A DNA stretch of 64,000 nt from Monocercomonoides exilis PA203 (Eukaryota > Protista > Preaxostyla): contig LSRY02000058.1 in the NCBI GenBank assembly GCA_001643675.2, positions 310,001-374,000 on the forward strand, written 5' to 3'. The translations under genes and the position numbers were made by a program. Every line of letters starts with the position of its first letter. Position 1 is the stretch's first letter. A model generated the notes under the pieces. That model saw only the letters and a program-made list of their open reading frames with translations. It was not told the DNA's origin and did not search any database. Positions 45,101 to 60,100 of the stretch are shown piece by piece.

Positions 45101-48100
45101 AGAAGGAGTTACAGTCTGAGCTTTTGCTCGCATGGCAGAAGATGGACGAGGGCGAGAAGGAGAAACAGATGAAAACATAACAGAAGAAGAAGACGGAAAA
45201 GAACGGCTTTGAGCTTTACTAGAAGTTTTAATAAGACTGTTTGAGCCAACATTTGTATCACCACTTGACTGAGTCACTTGTTTGGCTTGTTGCTGTTGCT
45301 GTGAATGAGACAAAGCTGGCATTGCAGTTGCTTTTGAATTGTTCATCCGAACAGGCAAACTGAATGGAGAAAGAGAAGAAAATGTCGGAGCTGTTCTTTT
45401 GGCAGTTGGAGTCTTCACTGACGAATTTGATGAGAAAGGCGTAATAGGAACAGTCTGCTGCTCTGAAAGGCTTGCTATTTCTCCTGGAATTAAAGGTGTT
45501 CTCGGAGTTTCAGCTAAAATCGAATCTGAAAGCGAAAAATCGCTTGAAAACCTTCCATTTCGTTGGCCAGGTAATGGAATCAGTTCAATTTTGGTGTAAG
45601 GAGACCATCTGATTGGGAACGGCACGAGTCTCAGAGGAGGTGGTGGAGTGAATGTTGGGACAGCATTGCTGAAATGCGGTTGTGGCGGAAGGATTGACAG
45701 TGCAGGCTTCTTCAGCAAACGATTGGCATTTCCCAGAGCATTGAACGACTGCGGAGAAGAAACTGTGAAAATAGAAGAGACTTGAGAGCGAACAGAAGAC
45801 GCTGATGCCAACGAGTCCATATCTGACCACAAAGGCGGGCTGAGCGATGGAGTTACCAGTTTCACCTGAGAGGAACGGCGGAGGGGGTCTTTTTCATCGC
45901 GGAGTGGGTTCGGAGGGAGCACATAAAAGAGGGGATGCACCATATTCTTGCCTGTTATGCGCCGTCGAAGAGCTGCATGCTGTGCAGAAGACTCGAGAGA
46001 CGCAAGCGCCTTGTCAATAGCTTTGTCATCGATATTTGATTCAAGAACATCTTCAACAGTTTCCTCACACTCGATTGTTGCTAAAGCAGATGCAATTGTA
46101 CCAAATGATGCATTTGAGGGCAAAGAAGATGGTGACAAAAGTGGAAGTTGCTTTGATGGTGCAATAAGAGAGTGCGCTTTGCGGATCAGTTCTTCTGTCT
46201 CGTCGCGAGTCATCGTTGTTGGCATAATCATCCTCTGTGCAGCTTCAACATATAGTTCAACAGGAAACACATCCAGAAACGCAAACATGCAGCATTGACA
46301 AACCCAATCAAACAGATCAGCTCCAGGATAGCTGATTGTGAAGGCTGACTTGTCCAGAATCAGTGGATCTGGCAGGGATTCTCCATCTGCCCAGTCTGAC
46401 TGCGATGCTCCAGAAGGAGATTGAATGATTGAATGAGAATTATGCACGGAGTCAGGATATATTGAACTTCGAACGGACATTCTATCTGCCTCTTCTTCCA
46501 CAACATGCAGATCAGACATTTCTGACTTATCAAACAAATCATCATTGCTTTCCGCATCCACAACTTCATCTATTTCATCTATTTCATCTATAGACAGATC
46601 TTCATCTTCAGCCTCTCCATCAAATTGCTTCTTTCCCATTTCGTCATCCTCTTCTTCCTCTTCTTCTTCCTCCTCTTCTTCATCTTCATCTTCATCTTCC
46701 TCATCTTCCTCCTCACTCTCTTCCTCGCTTTCTTTTTCATTATCAGCTTTTGAACTTTCTTCTCTCTGGCCTCTTTCTTTGTTCAAAGATTCTTGCACTT
46801 TTGAAGTATCATGAGAATTGAATTTTCCATCTTTATTTTGTTCGCTTCCTTCATTTTGACTTGTCTTTTTTGAATCTTCAAGTCCCTTACCATTTGTCAC
46901 CCCTGCTGCCTCATGTTCATTCTCACTTTCTTCTTTTCTTTCCTTTATTGTACCTCCTTCACTTACCAATGTTTGTGTGCCATTCAGCAAGAACGGGTTT
47001 CTCAGTGATTCAACATAAGGCGATGATGGAACCAGTGACCCAACATTGTGCAAAGGGTTGTGCTGGCTTGCACTCCCATCTTTTCCTAATGCTTTCTCAG
47101 CTGCTTCTCTCTGTTCTCTCACAAACTGCATGCTTTTTGTCCAGTCCAGCGGAGAAAGCGCATATGTGTTCACATTTGTGTGCTTTTTCAATGAAGGAGG
47201 GAGGATGGGCAACGGAGAGACACGGCCCTGGTTAAAGGAGGACTTTGTGAGTCTGCGTTGATTCAATGCCATCGTGTGGAGTCTTGAGCTGAGCTGGTGG
47301 ACGGCTTTTGTGTGGCTTCTTATCTTCCTTAAATGGATGCGGTCGACAACAGGCAAAGCATTTGAGAGTGCTTCTGTCTGCATGATAGATCTTTGTGATG
47401 GTGAAACAGACAACGAAGATGCGGAGAAAACTGGTGAAATTTGTGGATTTGTTGGGATTTCGTTATGTTCAGAATCAGCTTTGATGAAGCTGCGACCTGT
47501 TGGATAGTGCTCAACAACAAAAAAGAAGCGGAGGTTGGACGAAATCTGGTCAATCATCCACTGAGTGCTCTTCGTTTTGGCAAAGTGGCGCTGCTTCCCT
47601 TCAGCAAGCAAATGGCTAAGCTCACTCTCTGAAAATAGATAGAAGATGGATGTGTTACACTGCAGCAGGCAGTACAAGAATTCGCTCACATACTCCGCCT
47701 TCAGTTCGTTCTGAATCCCTGTCCCGCTATTGTCGATTGTCAGCAAACGGGTGTGTTCTTGTTCATCAATTACATTCGCATCGTCAATTCGACCTTCAAA
47801 AGCACTCATCAAATTCTTCAAAGGTGCTTTTTCCTTTCTCTTTTTGTCATCAGCTTTTGACTCAAGTTTGTTTGAATTATGCACTTTAGTCACAAATGAC
47901 TCGATCTTTGTGAGTCCAGTAATTTCCGCAAGAAGAACAGACACCATCACTTTCTCTCCAAACAGCGTTTTCAGCACAATTTCCCTGAGTGATTGATGAA
48001 ATGCAGAAGCTGATGTCGAGAGGCTGAGATGATAATACGCCATCCCGTTGTAGTGTGCTATTGAAGAGATGTACCGTCCGGATAGGAAATGTGGGTGAGT

Positions 48101-51100
48101 GATGGCACAAGTGTGTGAAACTTTCACTTTGTTGGCAATCTCCACCATCTGAGCAGTCAGCCACGGCATGAAATTTCGGGGAAAGAAATTCGGTTGAATG
48201 GAAGTATACAACTTCATCAGACTGGAAATAGGTACATTTCTCTCCACAAGCAGTGCCTGCTCCACTTTCTCTTGGAAAAATGTTGAAATAACATCGCTTA
48301 GATGCTTCACAGGCAGAGCATACAGAAAGTTTGTGAGCCTTTTCACGTCCAGCGGATCTGCATTCATCAGATTTGATGCAAGAGAGATGATAAACAGATC
48401 GAGAGACAGCTTCTCTTGCTGCGGAAGGCGATCTCCAATCACAGATGAGCAGATGTCGCACCACAGCGTCGCAATTCTCAACTCATTCAGCAAATGCAAA
48501 GAAGGGTTGGAAGCAATCTCAGAGGCAACTGTGAAAATGATACTGATTGCATGTTGAAAGCTGATTGGGAATGCAGCCAGAGTTGGAAATAGCGAACGAA
48601 TCTTCACATAAATCAGCTTTGAATTTGTGGATGATGTTGGATCAGATACAATCAACTGATACAAGCAGAGAGTGAGAGAAGGGAGGCGGTGAATAGCTCT
48701 TGTCACTTCCGGTGATAATACATCATGAGCCTTTTGAGCTGTCTTCCTTCGTTTCTGCTTGTGGGCAGTGCGAGGCGTAGTTGGAGGCGCAAAAGCAGAC
48801 GATGAAGAAGAAGGAGAAAGGGGGGAAATTGGAGAAAAAGGAGAAAGAGGACGACGAGAACCAGTTGGAGACAGCGGATAAAGTGGAACATCTCCAACAT
48901 TCTGCTCCTTAAAGAGCATTCCTCCATATTTAAGATTGATCGGTTCCAACACTTCCTGCCAGCATACCTGCAGTACAATATATCGTTCTAACGGCTGCTG
49001 CTCTCTCAAATCGATTTGCGAGAAAAGGCGCAGAAATCGTTCGGGAAGCATCGGAACAAACACATTGCTTACCACAACATGACACTGAACACCAGAATGA
49101 TTGTTGATAAGCTTTGGAGGCTTCGAAAGCGAAACAACTTGGTTTGTCTCTGTCAGAAAGCGAATGGCTTCAAGGCACTGCATCGACACTGGAGCAAACA
49201 ATCTGAATAGAATTTGTGCTGTCACGGTGTGTGTTCTGATTCTATCAGGTCTTGTGTTGCTCGAATCTTCTGACAGAGGAGAAGGGCGACGGGCAGAGTT
49301 CGGAGTTCTTGGAGAGGATCTCCGAGTGTAATTTGAACGTGGACGCTCTCTAAAGTTTGCTGCAGATATCGTGCCTGAATCTTCGCCTCCTGCCAAATTG
49401 CCTCTGTTCTGTACCTGTGGCAGAAGTGACGGAGAAGGCTGTGCAGCAGGAGGAAACACCCACTGCGTTGCTGATCTGGTGATTCCATCCTCAATAGACA
49501 TCTCATTTTCAAGCGCTGACTGCAAATGCATTGAGTTTTCTTGCAATCGTAACTTTGCTGGGTTGCGATTGTCGACCAAAAGACGATCTGAGTTTAGATG
49601 TTGAATGATGCTTGCACTGCTATTCTCAGATGACCACTTTGGAGATGAAGCAGTGCTTCTGCTGCTTTCATTCATCCAAAGTGCATCATCAGACATGTTC
49701 TCAGATGAGTTTTCACTCAAGTTAAGTGAAGCACTTCCCATTGCTTTTGGAGTGTTGTCGCCAAACAGGTTTCTTCTGTCTCTTCGGAGAAAACGTGATT
49801 CAGACTCCTCATAGTTCAGTCTTCTGAATCTTGAGCCTTCTTCCATTTTAATGGGGATGTTAAGTTTCTTCTGCTCTTGCTGAATAAGGTTGTTTGCCTT
49901 GTTCACCAGTCTCCAAATTGTTAAGGGAGATGTGCATTCAAAAACAGGGCAATCAATTGTTAACAGATGTGCATGCTTCTCTGCTGATTGGTCAATAGCA
50001 GTGAATGGTGTTGCAGGCACCCAATCCAGCAAAGAGGAGAAAATGAGTGGATCGTGCACGCAAAGAAGACATGGCCTGTTGACAGATGCATACAAAGATA
50101 GAAGCTGCAACTGAGGAGCATAATGAACAAACATTATGTTATCTCCAGCAGAAGATTCATGCTTTGATGTGAAATTGTGGATGCCTGGAATGTACTTTGC
50201 TTGCACACGCTGACGCATCATGCTTTTGACTCTTGAAGATTGTGGTGTTGTTTGCTGAGATTGCTGGCGAGGCTGCTGTCGCTGTTCATCACCAATCAAT
50301 TGGGAAGGCAAAGCGTTCTGTTTAAACCGTTTCTTTCGCACATTCATCAGATAAACAGCAGCATTCGTCCATTCTCCATTGCACAGATTCACAAAGAAGC
50401 GAAAAGCTGTTCCTCTTCCTTTGTTAGACGTTGGCTGGCCAAGCAACTGCAAAATAGAATGAAAGTCTTTCATTCCCAAAGAGCTCTCATTCACAAAATC
50501 CAATGATTCATCCGCACACCCAACTGGAGGCCCATTGTTCGAGAGAGTTGCCATGAAGCTGCTAAATGCATCAATAAAATCAAAGTCAGATGCAAAGTGT
50601 CCACCAAAACCCCACAAAACAGAATAATATGCCACTCGATCAATTGCTGTTTGATACAACTTGTAGTTCTCTTTCTGTGCAGCTGTTGATAGTGATGCTA
50701 CTGTAGGTAATCCAGCCATTGAGGATTGCATCTGATCAGGATTTTCAATGGCAACAGGATCGGCAATCCTTGGACCGTTTATCTTGATTGACGAGCTTGA
50801 GCTCAGAGCTGCTATATTTTTTGAATAAAAAAGTGGAGACTGCAGAGATACAGAATCTGCAGAAGCCGAGTTCGACGGAGTATCACTTGTTGAATTTGCA
50901 GCTAAAGAAGAAACAGATGGAGTTGAAGAGAAATGTGGAATTGACAGAGATACACTGGATATATGCAATTCATTCGCTGATTCATCCGCTGGCGGGATTT
51001 GCATAATTTCAGAATCACTAGATTTATTTCTTGAATGTGTTGAAAAGAAATGTTCAATAGAAGGAGCAGCAACTGCAGAAAGGGGAGGTGGCGATAGAGG

Positions 51101-54100
51101 AGCTGAAGAACAAATTGATGTATTTGATGATGAAATCGTTTTTGAAGCAAATCCTGGTTGGGTGCGCTTGGAGAACACGAGTGGAAGAATGCACGGAATT
51201 AGATAGTTTATCTGAGCACTGAACAAAGAGATTGTATTGTCAATGAAGCAGTTCGCTGGCGTATCATATCTCAAATTGTCTGCAGATGCAGCCTGATTCA
51301 TCACTCTCTGTGGACTTTTCATTTTATCTCTCGCTGGGGAACAGTGTGCGAGAGTAATAAAAGGAAATGCTCCTGTATCGATGACTTGTGTTCCACTCTG
51401 GTTTGCTGTTTTCTGTTTAAAATGAGCTTGTGTGTTGGCAGAGTTGAAATAAACACGCATCCATTCACCTGCAGTAACCATCCACATCGTCAGCAAACCA
51501 GCCATTCGAGTAACATCATCATACAAAAAGGATGCAATTTTCATATTTTCGAATGCAAATCCAAACCGCTGTTGTCCAACAAGTAATGAGGTAATGATGC
51601 ATTGGTACACATGTTGGAATAATGTGGTCCCAGTGTATCCAAGTGGATTCAATTCAACAAGATGGAATGTCTTCATTGGAAGTGAAAATAGTGAGAGAGG
51701 GATGAACATTGGCCTCACACTCTCCAATAGTATCTGAGGAAGCAAGTCAAGTGACTCTGTTTCAATGATCACACGTACATTGGACTGCAAGCATAACCTG
51801 TGAAAGTTTGGTAGAATGAGTGTGTTGCTTCGACAAAAGGAAGAAGATAATTGAGAAAGAAGCTCTTCACCTGTAAAAGGAACTGTTGCATCGGCATAAT
51901 CCTCCATTGTCTCAAACAAATCATTACGATCGAAATGTTCATTATCTGAAGAGGTCATATCAAAGATCGATTTGAGTATTGACGATTCGTTCTGTACATC
52001 TGAGCTATTATAATTTGATTCTCCTCCAAAAGAATTGGCATTTAAAAACTCATTGGTTCCTCCGAAGTCATCCTTGCTATTGCTCACTCCACCAATTCTG
52101 GTTGGATCACAAACAAGCGGAGGAGGCATTGCCTCGCCTACGATTTTCGTCGCAGCTGACTGGAACGAATACTGTGTCGCAAAACTGTCGGCACCCTCGT
52201 TTGTTCGTGTCAGGAACTGTGACATAATTGCGCTCTGCGCCCTGGACATCGGGTGCAGCAGCGATCCTAAGCGAGACGGCCAAACCTTCAAAGCTGTGTT
52301 TGTGCTGTGTATTTTCGCACTGCTCAGATCTAGCGCAGATGCATTGTGGATTTGTGACATATTAACGTTTGTATCAAATGTTGCATTACTCTTTGAAGCA
52401 ACATCGATGACAAGAAATATCTCTTCTGAGAAAGCTGCTTTGTTATTCTTCAGCATGCTTGTTGGGAAGTCTTGCGAAGACGTGCTTCTATCGCTGTCAT
52501 ATGACGAATCCTTCATAGACGAAGCAGAGCGTTTAATGGATACTGTTGAAAGAGCTGCAATTGATTGTGCGCGTGCAGGTGGCATGAAACGAGTTTGTTC
52601 TGCACTTGTGGAAGCGGTTGATGAACTATGGGAAAGTGATGCGCCAAGTTGGCGCTGTGACATTCGAGGTGGTGTGGTACCTAATATTTGAATGTTGGTT
52701 TTTGAATCTGCATTCCTCAGCAACGATGAAGTTGACGAATATGCTGATTGAGGAGCATAAGCTCCTCTCAGTGTCATTGATGAGTGATGTTTGTCACTTT
52801 TCATATATAATTTCTTTAAGTGATGTTCTCTTTTCTTTTCTGCTTTTGATTTCCATTTGCGCTGTGATTTGATTCGATCATCCAGCAACACATTTGATTG
52901 AAGCGCAAGCGTGTCAAACATTGAAGAAAGAAGTCCGCTTCTCCACTGCTCTGATTCTGATTTGATGGTGCGATTGTCTGTTATTGACTGTGTGATTGTG
53001 GATGAAACAGAACGAAATGAGCCAATTAGCTGTTGAATGGTCATTGATGCAGGGTTGATGTGGATAACCTTCGTTGGCACTCCTGCAAATGTCTGTGCAC
53101 GTGCAAGCGATGCGATGATTGCAGATTTTCCCGATCCAGCTGCTCCAACAACAGCAACAGGTGAGAAGGATGGAATGACACCTTCCCTCGTAGGAGATGG
53201 ATGAAGTGGATGGTGGATGAGTTTGTTCAGCTGAAGAATTTTTGAGAAAGCCAGTGTACTGTTGTTAATCAGTTCCTGCTCATATTTGGAAAAATAATTC
53301 AGATACTCATCTGCTGTAACTTCATCAAAGAAGCGTCCCTCGAATGGAGACTTAAAGATCTTTTCTTGATAAAAATGTGATGAAAACTGTTGATTAGAAG
53401 AAAGAAATTCTGACGATTGCACTGCTCTTCTGTTCTGTTGTGAAGTAGATTCTGATAAATGTGATTTGTTATGCAAAAATGGAGCATGGGCACCTGCTTG
53501 CGAATTATTATCATTTTGTGTGGATTTATTGCTTTCATCTTTCTGTTGAATTGGCTGATAGACGGAGAAGAATGAAGGCTTTGAATCATCAGTTGCGGAG
53601 ACTGTTATGTTCGAAACAAAGGAATCCAGAATGCTGACAGGTCTTTCTTGAGCAGAGGATGTTGACGAAATGGATGAAGACAAAGATAAATCGGAACTGC
53701 TTGTTGACATAGAAAGAGACTTATTTGCCGAATTACCAAAATTGCCATGTGCATTCCCTTCATTTCCTTGCCTATGTGTTGTGTTTCTTTCTGTGCGATG
53801 TTCATGAGAAGAGCTGTGTGGTGTTGCAGCTGATACTTGAGATGACATAAAATACCGATGGAAAGGATCAAGTTGAGCAACAGAGGCAAACAGGGTCATT
53901 TGAAAGCGGCGGAAACGGTCTGTGTCTAGTGGTAGCTGTGGATCAACCAGACTTCTCTGTCCAGTAAGTGAGTCAATAAACATGTTCTCCGCAAAACCTC
54001 CACCAACCACGTTGAGTGTGGAATGCGGTGTCACTTTGACGAGCGACGCGTGCTCGTGCATCACATATCGCCTCAATAGCTCCTTGAACATGCTGGAGTT

Positions 54101-57100
54101 TCTTCCTTGTGCCTGGAAAAGTGAGTCTCCATCCACAATCGCATCAATCGCACCGGTTCCACTTGTAAGTTTGTTGACAAATTCATATTCTGGATTGGAT
54201 ACTTGCAGGATAAATCCGAGAGTGGGAGAAACAAACGGGATGATTTTTGTCATTTCTGGAAAGTTCATCAGAATCAAGTTCATCATCTGTAACGAAGACA
54301 TTTCTGAAAGCATCACCCGAAAACTCTCAGCAAGAAATAGTACAATGGCCACACTCTCTGCCACAAAGTGGAGGCGTTCGTGTTTTAATGCAGTACTTAA
54401 ATTGCGTATCTTTGAAGGAGGTATAAGTTGCATCACCTTCATGTAATAATCGGGGCTGTCATTGTCCGTTGAGTCTTGAGTTTCCGTTGATTCAGATGTG
54501 GATGATGTCTGAGTGTTCATTTCATCAGTAAGCGTATCTTTCGAATTAATATACGCAATAATTGGATTTGAGACTTCCGACTCTATCCTTGTGCAAAGAG
54601 GCAGGATTATTTCAAACATTGTTGTCTGAAGCAATGGAAGAGCAAGCGTCCCGAGTGTCGTTAAAACTGTTGAAAATTGATCAACTTTTCTTGTTGAAAC
54701 ATCTGCAAACTGTTGTGTAACATTCTCAATTCTGCGTGTAAGAAGCACAGCATTCTGGTAACCACTGATCGCCAGGTTCATTTCCAATGCTTCCGACAAA
54801 TGCATCTTCTGCAAAGTTAAGTTTCTGAATCGTGCCCTGATCATTCCAGGAAGACTCGCAGTATCTGAAGCGGTGTCCGAGGTTGCAAAAAAGTAAAAGC
54901 CTGGACGCACACTTGATGTTATGTCTTCAGTAATATGGCATCGCGGCTGCCCTTCTCGCGAGGCAACAAGCACACGATCAATCCACTGTCCAAGATCCTC
55001 CATAATTGAAGCAGGCAATTGGCTTATTCCATCAATAACTCCCCAAGTGCCTGAACCAGCAATCCCTCTGATAAAACGGAGTAGTGTTTGAGTTGGATGT
55101 GTCTCCTCTGACCCGTTAAGGACAAACAAATTGTGTCCACATAAAACAGAAAATTCTTTGATTCGATCATAAGTGAGATACGGTGAAGAACTTTTCATCA
55201 TCACAAAAAGTGATGAAGGATACTTTACAGCTGACTGTTGCGCTGCCAGAGCAGATATCATTGTATTTGATGCTTTGGGAAGATCAATGCTTGAGGATCG
55301 CATGGAACTGTTCATTGAAGCATCAACTGATGAGTTTGACGAAGAATGCATTTGAGCATGAACATTTGATGCAAAATTCGTTGAAGAAGCATTCTTAAAA
55401 TTTTGTATTGTTGTTTCTCTTCTTTCACCGTGTGAAAATGAAGACATAAGATTTGGAATCATAGCACTTGAAGACTGGATCTGGAACAGTGAACCATGAG
55501 AATAAGATCCTCTTGGAGGAAGAACAGAAGTAATTGATTCACAGAGCGAATGGCGAAATTCAGAGATGTTCACAAAATGGAGCGAACGGTCGTTAAGATC
55601 GCCAATCGACGTGAAGAATGGGTGAGGGCTGGAATACACTGAATGCCAAGATGCGATGGTTGATGCAGCTAGGCCAAGATAGTCGCATCCATATGGAATG
55701 CTGTCTCTTCCCACAAATAGCTGAAGACCTGCCATCGAATCAACTGGAATAACATCAGCTCTCTTCTGATGTGATGCGTTGATGCTCTTTAATAGCGAAG
55801 ATAACTCATGTTGTGGATCTGAAAATGGATAGCCATCCAACTCTGTAATATGATCATACAGTGACTGAACAGCATTCGCAGTTGCAAGTGTTTTAGGAAT
55901 CACAAACAACGGGAAAGTCAGTGAATTCATAGAAAGAAAAGTGAGATTTCTGTTCTCGTTAAGAAGCTGGTGAATAACATCAATAATGTTTATGATAGCT
56001 GTAACTGCATGCTCCACTTTCAGCCTCATAAGGGCAGAAAGAGGTTCCAATAGAACGGTCTGAAGGGATCTTAAAGCAAAGCGCACTCTCTCAACAAGTT
56101 GTTGAACAGCCTGAAACAGAATCTTCTTTTGTTTCTGCCTTTCGTGTTCTCTGTCAAGTTTTTCCTCTTTAAGCTTGGCATCAGAAACACTGTTTTGCCT
56201 TGTCATTGACTTTGATTTTTCTTTTTCAGATGTCAAGGCCAGCTCTTCCTCTTCAACTTCCTCCATTTGCAGTTGAGCAATTGCTTGTGCAAGACGCTGC
56301 GCATGATAGGAGAAAGTCGCAAGAAATGTGAAAAATACACCCTGTGCAATGGTTGTGCGTATGAAAGTGCTGAATCGAGCAGGCCTACTGTAGAACCTGT
56401 TTCTTGTCGAGCTAACTTCAATTTCAAAGAGCTCATCCATCAGATTCCGTTGAAGAATCGTTATTGGCACGCGCATGAAATCTTTAGTGCGTGAGTGAGC
56501 TGTGTCAGATGATGAAAAAGAAGGTTGAGAAGATCCTACTGAAGATACCTTTTGCGTTGGTTTAGCAACAGACTTCTCTTTCGTTGTCTCCATCTGATCC
56601 GCTTTCTTTGCTGCTAAAAGCTCAATACGTCGCTTTGATGTAACTTTGCGGTGGTAAATCATTCTGTCAAATTTGATTACTGCTTCTGTCAGCAGAAATT
56701 GGATGCTTTCCTGGATAGAAGCCTCAAGATCTCTGTAGAACTGGACTGGATCCGCGCTGGGAACGAAAGGGACAGCTGTGATAAGAGGAATGTTCTCTTC
56801 AAGTGGCCCTACAACATCTGTGACGTAAACTGTAATGGCTTTTGATGGTGTATCGTTGAAGTTTTCGTTCCCTGTGTATTTCTTGTTGCGCCATTTGTCG
56901 TATTGATCATGCTTATCAGATGAGTCTGTTGAACCAGATTCATCGTCTGATAGGAGTTTGCTGTTGGAACTATCAAATGAATCTGAGACAGAATTAAGCG
57001 AATGCGAGGAGCGTGAGCGCGAACGAGAATGAGAACCGATTAATCCACTTGAGTGTCTGTTAAAATCTGATGAAGGGAAATCGGAAGACCGAACTTCACC

Positions 57101-60100
57101 ATATGGTGTGCGCATGTTCCTTCCTTTTCTCCTTTTCCTTCTCTTTTGTTGAGATTTCTTTTGCAAAGCAGTTCCGAAGTCAAAATCTTCGTCATCCTCC
57201 TCCTCTTCATCCTCGCTATCGTTCTCTTTTGCTTCAATTTCTTTGCTTTCGGCACTTTTTTCTTCTTTGTCTTCGCTTTTCATTTCTTGAAATATCTCGT
57301 TTTCGTGTATAATGCTAGTCATTTGCTCACGAATACTTTCTTTTGAGCGAGATCTTTGAGGGGAAACAGGCAATTGAACAAGTGAATGAGAAGACTTGCT
57401 TTCGGAATTATCTGACTCTTCTTCTATTTGATAATTGTCTATTCGCCTTCTGAAATCACGCTCCATTTGTCTCATTGTTGAAGAGTTCATGTCCTGCATC
57501 ATTCTTCCTCTCTTGAAATCATTCACTTCATTCAATGATGAATAGCTGTGATAAGCACGTGAGTTTTTCATGCTGTTCGACACATACAACGAATTCTTCA
57601 AAGATCCATGGCCTAAAAATGTTGTTAAATACTGAAGTTGAGAAGGGATATTCCTCTTTCTCTGTTGATGAGTCAGGAGAAGGTGCCAATGATTCACTAA
57701 CAATTTTGCCTTTTTCGCATCAGAAGCAGAATGAGGAATGACTGCACGATGCATTGCCAGAAAAGGAGGATCGATGTGAAACACATTCAGCTTGTCAAAC
57801 TCATTTTGTAAGCTGTCTGGTGATTTTTTCCTTTCATGGGTGAAAGGAGAAGTTAATCCTGCATTTCTTATATGCGTGATACTTTGCACATCTTGTGCTC
57901 TCCCGCTCAGATAGTCGTGTTGGTATCTTGGGATCATTTCGATAGAATCATCATCTCCATCTGCATCCCCGTACTGATTCATTGAATCATCTACAGGTTG
58001 TTGTGGCCTGTTAAACTGCATGGACATTCTAGTTTCTCCATCGGTTTCTATCATCGATTTTGTTCTCTGCTGAAATCTTCCATTGAACACATCTCTTCTC
58101 ATAAACCCTTTCCCTTCGCTTCCAGAACTGCCAACTTCATTGACTGCAGATTGAAATGTCAAGTGCCTGTTAACTTCTGATGCATCATCACGCATCAGTC
58201 CAATGTGTATGTTGTTCAAGTGGGCCGAGTCATATTCTGCAGAGTGTGCCGCAACAATGTTCGGATGTTGGAATGAGGCCACATCAACAATGTGAGGAAA
58301 CAATTGTAAAAGAATTGGTTTGATTTGAGAAATGTTGCTTGCAAAGGAAAAGCTGCGGATCACATCTTCTTCACTCAGCAAGAACAGACGCGGGCAGATA
58401 TCCTGTTTTTTCAGGAGAAATGGATGAAGTCTTGCTTTGCACTCAATCAGATTTCTATGTATTTGTGGGAGAGCATTGGCAACATACTCCCCCTTTGCCA
58501 ATGCTTTGATGATAATCGGGCTCTGGCGAATTCTATTCCTGAGTCTGTACCAATCCTCTTCTATCTTTGCAAATTGTCGTGCCTCTAAAGGAAGTGCTTC
58601 CTTCATTTTCTCGTTGTTGAACAAGTCCTGAAGCAGAAGAAATAGTTGCTGTGTGGTGATTAGAGTTGTGAGCTGGTCAGAAAGCGGTTGGAGAATCACA
58701 TACCAGTCCTGCAACTGCGAGATGAATGGATGCACATAGTTGCTGTATGTCAGCTGAGAAAGTGCAACAAGAGAGTTCTCAGATTCTGCAATGGCTCGCT
58801 GGCAGATTATCTCATCAATCACCAGTTTGGACTTGTGATCCACAAAGGCAAAGCGCATTCTGTTCTTCCACACATACTGGATCCGTGCCAAATCTTTGCC
58901 AATCTTGTACTCGTTGGAAATCTCCAGGAGAAGACTCATAATTTCTGCTTTCTTCGGTACAAGGTCTGCATCAATCACCATTCCCACAGTTGGAGATGCA
59001 GTTGTTTGGAGTGTTATGCTGTTCGTAATCTTTCCCAGCTGAATCCAGTGACGTCTTTTGATTTGAGAAGGTTCCATTTGCAGAAACACATCAAGATGCT
59101 CCCGTAAAGACTCCACCTCATTCAGGAATATGAGTGCTGTTTGATTGGGTAACTCTTGTGGTGGCAGGATCGACAGCTTGTATGCAAAGTCATCGAGGGT
59201 CTCTTTCTCTTCCTTTGTGCGCAATGACTCAAACGGGATCTCTCTCAGCTGCTCTGTCCATTTTTGGAACTCATTAAAGAGCACAAACAGGTCTCGCGCA
59301 TATTGAAATTTTTCCTCCAGATCGTTCAGCTGCTGCGGGTTTGTCAGTTCCATCGACAGAAGCACCTCATCGCTGTTGAGTTCTCGCAGCTTTGCTTTCT
59401 TCTCCTTCACATGGTCCAAATAACGCTGGGCAGTCTCTGCTTGCATTTCTGTGTCTCTCTCTGGATCGTTCAGCAGAGCAAGCGCAGAAGACGCACCTTC
59501 CACCAAAACTGAGAGGCCGGACACAAAGTCCTCCTGGTTGCGCAAGAGATATTCCACAAGCTGCCTCTTCTTCGTTTCCAGCGATACCAAAAATTCTGCA
59601 TGTGTCTTCTCCAAAGCGCTGTATGATTCTGTTGCTTCATTCAGAAGTGAAAGAATCTTCTCGTTGCCTTCTGGACGATATTTCACAAGCTGACTGATCT
59701 CTTCGCTCACGTCATGCAACTCCATCTGAAAATCGATTCTTCTGTCGAGAAAGCCTGAAAAAGCCATTGAAAGTCTGCGCATATCATCGATTGTTTCCGC
59801 TGAACCAGCCACGCTATGAGTCGTCTCAGTCAGCGATTCGACAATTTCCATTATCCGAAAACGAAGTTCAGCATCAAGCCGATCTGCAAAGGCAGTCCGC
59901 CACTTCGAAAGCTGGCTCAACAATTCAGGAATGACAGAGGCAAACGTCAATACAACTGAAGGGCTGACAGAGAGTGGATGAAATAAAGTGACAAGGTTAG
60001 CAATCAGTGGCTCAGGAGGCGGTTGGATGAGAACAGAACCTGATCGCGCAATTCCCTTTGAAATCTTGTCCAGTGTAAGCACATTCCGCGAAATGGCTCC

